DNA of 64,000 nucleotides, from NCBI GenBank assembly GCA_020429915.1, contig JAGQKV010000018.1, forward strand, positions 133,770-197,769. Reading direction: 5' to 3'. Each line of letters begins with the position of its first letter. The first letter of the stretch is position 1. The notes beneath the pieces were generated by a model. It was not told the DNA's origin. It searched no databases and worked only from the letters and a program-made list of their open reading frames with translations. Shown in pieces: positions 1 through 7,579 of this stretch. The translations under genes were made by a program, and so were the position numbers. This DNA comes from Candidatus Omnitrophota bacterium. Its GTDB lineage: Bacteria; Omnitrophota; Gorgyraeia; Zapsychrales; Zapsychraceae.

Positions 1-881
1 GTCTCCGGAATAAGAATAGCGTTTTCCTTGATGTCCAAGATCAACTCCAGGTTGGCGAACATCCCGGCGCGCAGTTCCCCCTGCGGATTCGGGATCCTCG
101 CCTTGACCAGCGCGGTACGGGTTGTCTCATCGATATTGGGAGAAATAAAATAGACTTTTCCTTCGTAAGACTTATCCTTGAAAGCCGCCACTTTCGTCGA
201 GATAGTTTGACCCGTGCGGATTTCGCCGACATAGCGTTCCGGCACGTGAAAGGTCACCTTCATCGGGTTTTGATTATAGAGCGATCCAAGCGGCGTGCCC
301 TGGGTGACAAACTGCCCTTCGCTGACCAGACGTTCTCCCATAACCCCTTCAAACGGGGCGACGATCGTCGCGTCGGCCAATTGCTCCTTGGCCAGAGCCA
401 AGGTGGCCCGGTTGGATTCGAGGGTGGCCACGGTCTGGTCGTACTCCTGCTGGGATACCGCTTTGTTCTGGACCAAATTTTTATAACGGGTGGCCGTTGT
501 CTCGGCGAGTTTCAGATTGGCAAGCGCCTGATCGTAGGAGGCCTTCAGCTTTTCCTTATCGATCTCGAAAAGAAGTTCACCGGCCTTAATGGGCTGGCCT
601 TCCTCAAACCGGATGCTTTCGATGGTACCGCTAATCTCGCTTTGGATATTAACCTGCTCGTTGGATTCCATTGATCCCACAATCGAAATCTTGTCGGTCA
701 GCGCGGTCCGTTGCGATTTAAATGCCACGACGTTCACCGTCGGCGGACCACCGGGCTCATTTGCTTTCGACGGTTGCTCAGCGGTGCTCTCACTGGAACA
801 CCCGCTGGAGGTCAGCACGGCGGCCGCTATGACCGCCAGCAGGACCCCGCCCTGTTTATCGGATCTGATGCCGTATCTCAT
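1..881 (-). CDS. Efflux RND transporter periplasmic adaptor (membrane fusion protein, HlyD family); 3' end truncated by the window edge
   Basis: Minus-strand translation from the ATG at 879-881 gives MRYGIRSDKQGGVLLAVIAAAVLTSSGCSS..., a lipoprotein signal with lipobox LTSSGC. It is followed by coiled-coil and beta-barrel MFP motifs (...ATIVAPFEGVMGERLVSEGQFV..., ...MKVTFHVPERYVGEIRTGQ...). The ORF runs off the window start, so it is absent from the ORF track. Its start overlaps the stop of the MarR gene. Confidence 0.8.
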   Translation of the reverse strand, partial: MRYGIRSDKQGGVLLAVIAAAVLTSSGCSSESTAEQPSKANEPGGPPTVNVVAFKSQRTALTDKISIVGSMESNEQVNIQSEISGTIESIRFEEGQPIKAGELLFEIDKEKLKASYDQALANLKLAETTATRYKNLVQNKAVSQQEYDQTVATLESNRATLALAKEQLADATIVAPFEGVMGERLVSEGQFVTQGTPLGSLYNQNPMKVTFHVPERYVGEIRTGQTISTKVAAFKDKSYEGKVYFISPNIDETTRTALVKARIPNPQGELRAGMFANLELILDIKENAILIPE

Positions 882-1333
882 GAATGTCCTCCCTTGGCCG
901 ATGACAGGCTGCTGACGAGCTTCTGCAGAATGTCGAGATAGTTTTGACGTTCCTGGGCGTTAAGACGCTTGAACAACTGGATGATCCCGTGCTTCTTCTG
1001 GGAATATACTTCACTAATAATGTCCCGACCTTTGGTCGTAATCATGACCAAGACGGTACGCCGGTCTTCCTTTCCCCGGCGCCGGCGGACGAGACCGTGC
1101 TTGACCAAGCGGTCGATCATGCCCGTCGCGGACGAAAATTTCATATCCGTGGATCGGACGAACTCCTGCATGGTCCACTCTTTTTTACGGGAAAGTTGGT
1201 CAAGAACCAGAAACTGCTGACAGGTGATTTTTCCGCTCGTCACATAGTTATTTTCGTAACGCGAGATTTCCTGCATCAACTGCGGCAGGAGTTCGACCAA
1301 GCGGTCGCCGAATTTGACGGGACTGATCCCCAT
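878..1333 (-). CDS. MarR family transcriptional regulator
   Basis: 151 aa. The winged-helix signature (...QQFLVLDQL..., DRRTVLVMITTKGRDI) is typical of MarR. Its stop overlaps the MFP start by 4 nt (atga coupling), so the regulator heads an efflux operon. Confidence 0.8.
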   Translation of the reverse strand: MGISPVKFGDRLVELLPQLMQEISRYENNYVTSGKITCQQFLVLDQLSRKKEWTMQEFVRSTDMKFSSATGMIDRLVKHGLVRRRRGKEDRRTVLVMITTKGRDIISEVYSQKKHGIIQLFKRLNAQERQNYLDILQKLVSSLSSAKGGHS

Positions 1334-1337
1334 ATCG

Positions 1338-1400
1338 CTGCTCCGGAAGTATTTCGTGATACGAAATTTTCTTCCTACGAAATATATACCATGGCAGCGG
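1338..1400. promoter_or_regulatory. Palindromic element in the marR leader: ATTTCG-N5-CGAAAT, then a second TACGAAAT half-site
   Basis: Read directly from the sequence: gtATTTCGtgataCGAAATtttcttccTACGAAATatata, immediately upstream of the marR start at 1333. MarR-family operators are typically palindromic. Confidence 0.3.
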
Positions 1401-1474
1401 ATGATGCAAGTTATTTTATATGGCGGAAATCCCCGCGCGGGGCGGGTGCGGAACCGGATTTGTTATCCGGCGAC

Positions 1475-1993
1475 TTACGTCATCTGGTACACGGCCCTCA
1501 CGGCATACATGATCAGCCACAGACCGGCGATCATGACCAGCGGATAGGTCACCGCGTACGGTGTCAGCTGATAGAATGGCTCTCCGCTGGTCTTGAGGTC
1601 TTTGAGCTTGTCCTCGAAGAAACGGCCCGAAAACGCCGCGATGAGGATATTCAGGACAATCATAAAGAACACGATTTCCGGGATGGTTTCCCAGGAGATC
1701 GTCTTGATACTGAGCCGGTGTTTCAGCGCCCAAAAGATACCGAGATTCAGAAACAGCGTCGATAACAGGCCCCGAACGAAGTAGTGCAGCCGGTCGAACA
1801 TGCAGGTGGACACGCCAAAAATCCAGGCCAGATACACACCGATACTCATCATCAACATAAACGTCATATTGCGGTGTTCCACGCCCACATGTTTCGCAAT
1901 ACCGTCCAGGACGTCCAGCACAAACATGCCCAAAAACATCCCGGCATACCCGAGCACCACGCAGCTGACGATCTGCGACCAGCGATTGTCCAT
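1475..1993 (-). CDS. Hypothetical polytopic membrane protein (~5 TM)
   Basis: 172 aa ORF with several hydrophobic helices (LGYAGMFLGMFVL, IGVYLAWIFGV, IVFFMIVLNILIAAF, YPLVMIAGLWLIMYAV). I recognise no family. Confidence 0.45.
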   Translation of the reverse strand: MDNRWSQIVSCVVLGYAGMFLGMFVLDVLDGIAKHVGVEHRNMTFMLMMSIGVYLAWIFGVSTCMFDRLHYFVRGLLSTLFLNLGIFWALKHRLSIKTISWETIPEIVFFMIVLNILIAAFSGRFFEDKLKDLKTSGEPFYQLTPYAVTYPLVMIAGLWLIMYAVRAVYQMT

Positions 1994-2110
1994 TTCCCGC
2001 CCTCCCGGAAGTGAGTCCGTTGACGCGACTTTCCCGTTCCCGTGAATTTATAGGAATTATACCATCCACAGGCGAACCTGCACAGGTCAGGAGACACAAA
2101 TCTCTGATGT

Positions 2111-3067
2111 TCAGGTGTTTAAGGACGCCAAATGACGGATGCGCTTAAGCATGTTCGGGTGGGTGCTGAGGACCTCGAGCATCTTGTCCTGGGAGGATAG
2201 GTTCAGCCGCTGCTGGCGAAAATGGGCCAGTTCCGCGGCATCGATATCACCGGACCGGTCCAAATCCAGCTGGGCCAGCTCGCGAATTTCTTCCGCAGCA
2301 CGCGAGGGATCGTTCATAAAAAATGCCTTGAACCCCTCCACCTCCTTGATGCCCCGCTTGCCGGCGCGGGCGGAACCGTACACCAGCTTGTATAACGCGC
2401 TGGCCAGGGCCTCAGGCCGGTTACCGAGCTCCACTGACCCCTTGTCCGCGAAATACTCGCGAATCCGTGAGGCGTACAAGACCAGCAGATTGGTGATGAA
2501 GTAGAAAAGAAAGGCGACCAGGCCGATAAGCATGGTGTTGCCGCGGTCCCGGTCGCGTCCGCCGAAAAAAAGCATATGAAAGGCCACGCGGTACATGATC
2601 AGCGGGATGACCGACAAGATGGTGATCGTCACCACGTCACGGTTCCTGATGTGACTGATTTCATGACCGATCACCGCCTTCAATTCCTCGTCGTTAAGAA
2701 GTTGCATGATTCCCTGCGTCACACAAACACGGCCGTCGGCCTGACCGCGCCCGAAAGCAAAGGCATTGGGGACACTCAACGGTGAGACGCAGACCTTGGG
2801 CATCGGGATCCCGGCGCGGCGGGCCTGGTCTTCGACCATGGCATAGAGCTTGGGGAACTGCTCGCGGGTGACGTATTTGATCCGCATGGACCATTCCACG
2901 ATCTTGGGGCCGATCAGGAACTGAATAATCATGAAAACCCCGGCGATGACCGCATACGTGAGAAATGTGCCCGTCCCGGAGGCGGCTCCGAGCATGACGA
3001 CAATCGCATAAATGATGGCGAACAGGGCGCCAAGCAGCATGTACATCCGTAAGTGCAATGAAATCAT
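2111..3067 (-). CDS. htpX: Zinc metalloprotease HtpX homolog (peptidase M48)
   Basis: HEISH (HExxH) motif with flanking TM helices; overall HtpX-like layout. I chose the start at MISLHL (3067) because an AAAGGA SD sits 8 nt upstream. The longer MKQRIEA N-extension in the ORF track would be translated from the SD itself. Confidence 0.8.
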   Translation of the reverse strand: MISLHLRMYMLLGALFAIIYAIVVMLGAASGTGTFLTYAVIAGVFMIIQFLIGPKIVEWSMRIKYVTREQFPKLYAMVEDQARRAGIPMPKVCVSPLSVPNAFAFGRGQADGRVCVTQGIMQLLNDEELKAVIGHEISHIRNRDVVTITILSVIPLIMYRVAFHMLFFGGRDRDRGNTMLIGLVAFLFYFITNLLVLYASRIREYFADKGSVELGNRPEALASALYKLVYGSARAGKRGIKEVEGFKAFFMNDPSRAAEEIRELAQLDLDRSGDIDAAELAHFRQQRLNLSSQDKMLEVLSTHPNMLKRIRHLASLNT

Positions 3068-3243
3068 GGCTTCTATCCTTTGTTTCAATGGTTATTAAGG
3101 GAAATCGCCCGCGGCGCCGGCAATGCCCTTAACACAAAAGCGCGGTCCGGATATTCAGTGTCCGTCCGCTGCCAAACATTGTACACAATTCATAGGGAAA
3201 TTTTAAGACCCGATTTTGTAAGGCACCGGCGTCCGGCTCCCGG

Positions 3244-5055
3244 TCACCGGTAATTCTTGATGACTTGTATGAATATGTCGGCGAACTTTTTCAGCTTGCG
3301 TTCGCCCACGCCGAAGATCTGTGCGAATTCTTCGTGGGTAACGGGTTTGCGCTGGCTCATGTCGATCAGCGACTTGTCCGGGAAGATCACATACGGCGGC
3401 ACACCGCTCTTGTCGGCCAGTTCCTTGCGTTTAATCTTCAGCAAGGTGAACAGATTATCATCCGCAGCTGTCGCCGCCACCGGCGTCCGCTCACGGGCAC
3501 CGGCCCGGGATTTGGGCCGGTCCGCCGGCGGCTTGATCCCGTGAAAAACTGCCTCGCCGTTGAGGAGCGCGTAGGAGCGGCGGTTGAGTGAGATCACACC
3601 GTACTGCGGCTCCTTGTCGATCAGTTTCTGCACAACCAACTGCCGGACCAGATGCTGCCACTGCCGCTGCGACCAGCCGCTGCCCTTGCCGTAGACCGCA
3701 CATTCATCGTGGTGATAGCTCAGCACCTTCTCCGCCTGACTGCCGCGCAAAACATTTATGACGTGCACCGCGCCGAACATCTCCCCCGTCTCGTGCAGGG
3801 CCTTGAAAAACAGGGCGGCCTGCGACGTCAGGTCGACGCTCTCCCGCTGGGGATTCTTGCAATTGTCGCACATGTCACAACGCGGTTGCGCGTAGTTTTC
3901 CCCGAAGTACGTTATCAAGGGGATCCGCCGGCATACCGTGCTTTCGGCAAAACCGATCATCGCATTGAGGTGATCGCGGGCCACGCGTACTTGCTGCTCG
4001 TCGGTCTTTTGGTCGATAAAGTAATTGATCTTGCCGATGTCCCCCGGACTGAACAGCAGCAGGCAATGCGCGGGTAATCCGTCACGCCCGGCGCGGCCGG
4101 TCTCCTGATAGTAGGACTCGATGTTTTTCGGCAGGTCATGATGAATCACGAAGCGTACGTTGGGTTTGTTGATCCCCATACCGAAGGCGATCGTCGCCAC
4201 CATAATCGGCACGTCATCACGGATGAACCGTTCCTGGTTCCGGCGCCGCTCATCAGGCGTCAAACCGGCATGATAGGGCAAGCAGCTAAATCCGTAGCGG
4301 TTGAGGTCCGCCGCGAGGGTGTCGACGGCCTTGCGCGAAAAACAGTAGATGATCCCGCTTTGATCTTTAAAGCGTTGCAGGAAGTCCACCACCTGATCGG
4401 TAGCGCGCGCCTTTTCGATCACTTCATAAAAGAGATTCGACCGGTTAAAGCTGGCCTGCAATACGGCGGGCTGCTGCAATCCGAGATTGGAAATGATATC
4501 CTGACGGACCCGCTCGGTGGCCGTTGCCGTGACCGCCAGGTATACGGCCCGCGGAAAATATTCGCGCAAAGTCCTGATTTGCCGGTACTCAGGCCGAAAA
4601 TCATGGCCCCATTCCGAAATACAATGCGCCTCGTCGATGGCGATGCAGTCGACGGCGCGTTCCTGCAGAAAAGTGATCGTCTCGGTCTTGAACAGGGTCT
4701 CCGGTGCCAAGAATAACAGTTTGGTTAAACCGGTCTGAATCCGCTCCCGGTTGTGCAGATACTCGCCGTAGCTGAGCGAACTGTTGAGCACGTCCGCCTC
4801 CACCCCCAACTCCTGGAGCTGGTTGACCTGGTCTTTCATCAACGAGATCAGCGGGGAGATGACCACGGTCAGTCCGTCAAACATGAGCGCCGGGATTTGA
4901 TAGCACAGCGACTTGCCGCCACCGGTCGGCATGATCATAACGGTGTCGCGCTTGGCCATCACACCGTCGATACACTCGGCCTGCAATGGCCGGAACTCTT
5001 CGTAGCCGAAAATGGATTTGAGCAGGGCGTGTTTGTCGGTTTTTATGACAGTCAT
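3244..5055 (-). CDS. recQ: ATP-dependent DNA helicase RecQ
   Basis: 603 aa with helicase motifs I (MPTGGGKSLCYQIPAL) and II (DEAH: IAIDEAHCISEWGHDFRPEY), the RecQ Zn-binding Cys cluster (CRRIPLITYFGE...CDMCDNC), and a C-terminal HRDC-like region. Confidence 0.9.
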   Translation of the reverse strand: MTVIKTDKHALLKSIFGYEEFRPLQAECIDGVMAKRDTVMIMPTGGGKSLCYQIPALMFDGLTVVISPLISLMKDQVNQLQELGVEADVLNSSLSYGEYLHNRERIQTGLTKLLFLAPETLFKTETITFLQERAVDCIAIDEAHCISEWGHDFRPEYRQIRTLREYFPRAVYLAVTATATERVRQDIISNLGLQQPAVLQASFNRSNLFYEVIEKARATDQVVDFLQRFKDQSGIIYCFSRKAVDTLAADLNRYGFSCLPYHAGLTPDERRRNQERFIRDDVPIMVATIAFGMGINKPNVRFVIHHDLPKNIESYYQETGRAGRDGLPAHCLLLFSPGDIGKINYFIDQKTDEQQVRVARDHLNAMIGFAESTVCRRIPLITYFGENYAQPRCDMCDNCKNPQRESVDLTSQAALFFKALHETGEMFGAVHVINVLRGSQAEKVLSYHHDECAVYGKGSGWSQRQWQHLVRQLVVQKLIDKEPQYGVISLNRRSYALLNGEAVFHGIKPPADRPKSRAGARERTPVAATAADDNLFTLLKIKRKELADKSGVPPYVIFPDKSLIDMSQRKPVTHEEFAQIFGVGERKLKKFADIFIQVIKNYR

Positions 5056-5086
5056 AAGGGATTACAAAATGAGCGGGATTGTGCAA

Positions 5087-5115
5087 TTAACATGCACGTC
5101 CGCGGACGATATACT
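5087..5115 (+). promoter_or_regulatory. Sigma70-like promoter TTAACA-17 nt-TATACT
   Basis: TTAACA at 5087-5092 and TATACT at 5110-5115 with exact 17 nt spacing. It lies ~45 nt upstream of a small ORF with a strong SD and is divergent from recQ. Confidence 0.35.
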
Positions 5116-5159
5116 AAGACGCCTTCCGAAAAAAACAACTTCCAAAAAAGGGGGAAATC

Positions 5160-5327
5160 ATGCGAATCATATTCATGCTGGCATTCACGATCGGTTTGGT
5201 CATCTGCTTCCTTTATATGCAGGAGCAGGAGAAAAAAGCCCAACAACAACCGGTTCATGAACCTCAGGCCGTGTATCAGCAAACGCGCGACGGGATGAGC
5301 GGCCTCGGGGGAAATTCGAGTTCCTGA
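5160..5327 (+). CDS. Small membrane protein (55 aa); too short for the supplied ORF track
   Basis: ATG at 5160 is preceded by AAAAGGGGGAAATC (SD GGGGG, 6-7 nt spacer). Translation: MRIIFMLAFTIGLVICFLYMQEQEKKAQQQPVHEPQAVYQQTRDGMSGLGGNSSS, one TM helix then a polar tail. A candidate promoter lies upstream. Confidence 0.45.
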   Translation: MRIIFMLAFTIGLVICFLYMQEQEKKAQQQPVHEPQAVYQQTRDGMSGLGGNSSS

Positions 5328-5417
5328 TTATAACACGGTCGCCTCGACAATCAAGACGGGATATGAACTCGGGCGCGGCGCCGCAGCGCGTCCGCCCCGT
5401 CTTCCGCCAACTTTTGT

Positions 5418-6182
5418 TTGACAAAGATCGACTGGTTATCAATAATGAGGCGAATTCAATGGTTTCAGCCCCCGGACGGTCCGGCCCGTATGCATATCCT
5501 CATTCTCGTCATATCCCTTGTCCTCGGCTTTCTCACAGCCGGTCTGCTGGCAGGGATACCACCGGTCGTCCTGATCTCAGACATCTTCGGCACGGTGTTT
5601 GCACCGGATAAAAACTCCGGCGCCCTGGAAACCATCTCCGGCGCCAACTTTCTCCTTCCCTATTATTTCATGTTACTGTTTGCCCTGCTCGGTGTGGCCG
5701 GTGTCACCCTGTCGGGCAAAGTCTCCGCCTTTAATCGGCAGCGTCTGCGGTCACATATGGTTATTCAAACCGTCCTGGTCCTGTGCGTACTACTATTGTC
5801 GCAAACGCTCAGCCAGGCCCGCTATTTTGCAGAGGAACTGACCAAATTCACCGGAAAATCGCTGGACGAAAAGATGGCGTACAATTTCGCCAAGTCCTAC
5901 GGCTTTGCCCGCTACTGCCGGGAACATCTTCCCGGCCGGCACTACTGTGGCGTGATTTCGGATATTGACAAGCAGCCGCAGAAGAACCTGATCACCTACC
6001 TGGCCGTCCGCTACTACGTTTATCCGCTGGACATCGTCACACCGACCGATCCCTCCGAACAGGAATGCCAGATCGTTTTCTTAAAACAGCATCCGCGGGA
6101 AGCCGTCCCGCCGGGATACGTTATCAAGCCGCCGTTTGACAGCCGCAGCCTGATCGCGGTACGGGAGGATTCCGCGCCATGA
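5418..6182 (+). CDS. Hypothetical membrane protein, translationally coupled to the downstream membrane protein
   Basis: 254 aa with N-terminal TM helices (ILILVISLVLGFLTAGLLAGIPPVVLI; FLLPYYFMLLFALLGVAGVTL; VIQTVLVLCVLLL). Its stop overlaps the next ATG (ATGA at 6179-6182). The start is uncertain; in-frame Met candidates are at 5445 and 5490. Confidence 0.45.
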   Translation: MTKIDWLSIMRRIQWFQPPDGPARMHILILVISLVLGFLTAGLLAGIPPVVLISDIFGTVFAPDKNSGALETISGANFLLPYYFMLLFALLGVAGVTLSGKVSAFNRQRLRSHMVIQTVLVLCVLLLSQTLSQARYFAEELTKFTGKSLDEKMAYNFAKSYGFARYCREHLPGRHYCGVISDIDKQPQKNLITYLAVRYYVYPLDIVTPTDPSEQECQIVFLKQHPREAVPPGYVIKPPFDSRSLIAVREDSAP

Positions 6183-7579
6183 CCATTGTCAGACTCCTCA
6201 TTGCGCTGGGCTTTCCGGTTATCCTGGGACTGGCGTTGATGCGTCGTTTGCACGCGGACCGGTTGTTATCACTCGGCGCGCGCGTTCCCTGCGCGTTCGC
6301 CCTCGGGATGGGCATGGTGAGCCACTGGATGCTGCTGATGACCATAGCGGGCGTGGGCTATTCGGTGGTGAGCCTGCATCTGCCCCTGGCGGTTATCGCT
6401 GCCGCCTTGTGGCTTACGGCCGGTGGCAGCCATACGGACACGCCGGCGCCGAGGCAAGGCACCGCCGCCGGCGGTTGGCGCACGGCGGCATTGGTCGTGA
6501 TTTACGCCTTTATCGCATATATGACGGTGTTCATCGGCGTACGCGCGCTGATGGTCCCGATCATGGAGTGGGACGCGATATCCTGGATCGCGCTGAAGGC
6601 GAAAATCCTTTTTTATGAAAGCGGCGCGATCCCCATCGCCAAGCTTCCAAATTCCGCCTACCCGCTGCATGTGCCATTGAGCCTGGCGTGGATCGCCTTC
6701 CATCTCGGCGAGTGGAGCGAGACCCTGATCAAGGTCCTGTTTCCCACGTACTACCTCTTGTTCGCCCTTTTTCTGTACGCCACGGCGCGGCTATACGTCG
6801 ACCGTCTCTGGGCCGCCCTGTGCGCAGCCTTGTTCCTTTCGGTCCTCTTCGCTCCCTATCACGCGACCATCGCGTACCGCGATACGGTGATGATGAACTA
6901 TTTCTGCGGTGGCATGCTGGTGCTGGTTTACTGGCTGAAAAATACACGCCCGCCGTTGTTATGGATCACGGCGATCCTGTTAGGTCTCGGAAGCTTTGTC
7001 AAACTGGAAGGGGCTTTGTATATGGGACTGGGATTGATGCTCCTTGCCGCGGCGGTCTTGTTGTACGGTCCGCGGGAGCGCTTCGCCAAGATCCGCGCAA
7101 CCGGGATCAGCGCCGCCATTAGCGCGGGGATCTTTGCGATCTATTTCATCTATAAAAATCTGATTGGGGCAACCCACGCCACTCAGGACACCACGGTCCA
7201 CGCCGCCGGCGGGACAGGTTCCCGGCTGTGGGAAGTGCTGACGGCCGTCGGCCGGGAGCTTTTCTTAAGCGGTAATTGGCATATTTTGTGGGCGCTCTTC
7301 GCGCTGAGCATCTGGCTGCCGGTGGACCGGCAACGACAGGCGGCGCGTCTCGTTACCGCGGTCACCGTCATCGCGTTTATCACCGTGTATGTTGGCCTGG
7401 GGACGTTGACGGGCATCTACAAGTCGGTGCTTGGCCTGGGATCGTCCGGGGTCCTTCCCCGTATCTTCATACATGTGTATCCGTTGGCGGTGTTGAGCAT
7501 CTGCCTGGCGGCGGCTGAGCGGCCCGACAGCGTCGGAACCGGTCGTCCCCAGCAGGAGGGGAATGTCGGTGAGCGGTGA
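6179..7579 (+). CDS. Polytopic integral membrane protein (~12 TM), possibly GT-C-fold (ArnT/PMT-like) glycosyltransferase
   Basis: 466 aa, almost entirely hydrophobic helices with short loops. It pairs with the upstream membrane ORF. The family call rests on architecture only, with no motif match. Its last 315 nt overlap the 3' end of the giant minus-strand ORF (see findings). Confidence 0.4.
   Translation: MTIVRLLIALGFPVILGLALMRRLHADRLLSLGARVPCAFALGMGMVSHWMLLMTIAGVGYSVVSLHLPLAVIAAALWLTAGGSHTDTPAPRQGTAAGGWRTAALVVIYAFIAYMTVFIGVRALMVPIMEWDAISWIALKAKILFYESGAIPIAKLPNSAYPLHVPLSLAWIAFHLGEWSETLIKVLFPTYYLLFALFLYATARLYVDRLWAALCAALFLSVLFAPYHATIAYRDTVMMNYFCGGMLVLVYWLKNTRPPLLWITAILLGLGSFVKLEGALYMGLGLMLLAAAVLLYGPRERFAKIRATGISAAISAGIFAIYFIYKNLIGATHATQDTTVHAAGGTGSRLWEVLTAVGRELFLSGNWHILWALFALSIWLPVDRQRQAARLVTAVTVIAFITVYVGLGTLTGIYKSVLGLGSSGVLPRIFIHVYPLAVLSICLAAAERPDSVGTGRPQQEGNVGER

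Noticed and set aside
207-674. Plus-strand ORF of 155 aa at the window start
   Set aside because: It is antisense to the membrane-fusion-protein gene, which has a convincing lipoprotein signal and MFP motifs.
1420-1465. Perfect palindrome CCCCGCGCGGGG plus hairpin CCGGATttgttATCCGG after the 1475..1993 gene, considered as an intrinsic terminator
   Set aside because: There is no U-tract on the relevant (minus) strand. The region overlaps the ORF's 3' end and the marR leader. I cannot distinguish a terminator from an incidental GC palindrome.
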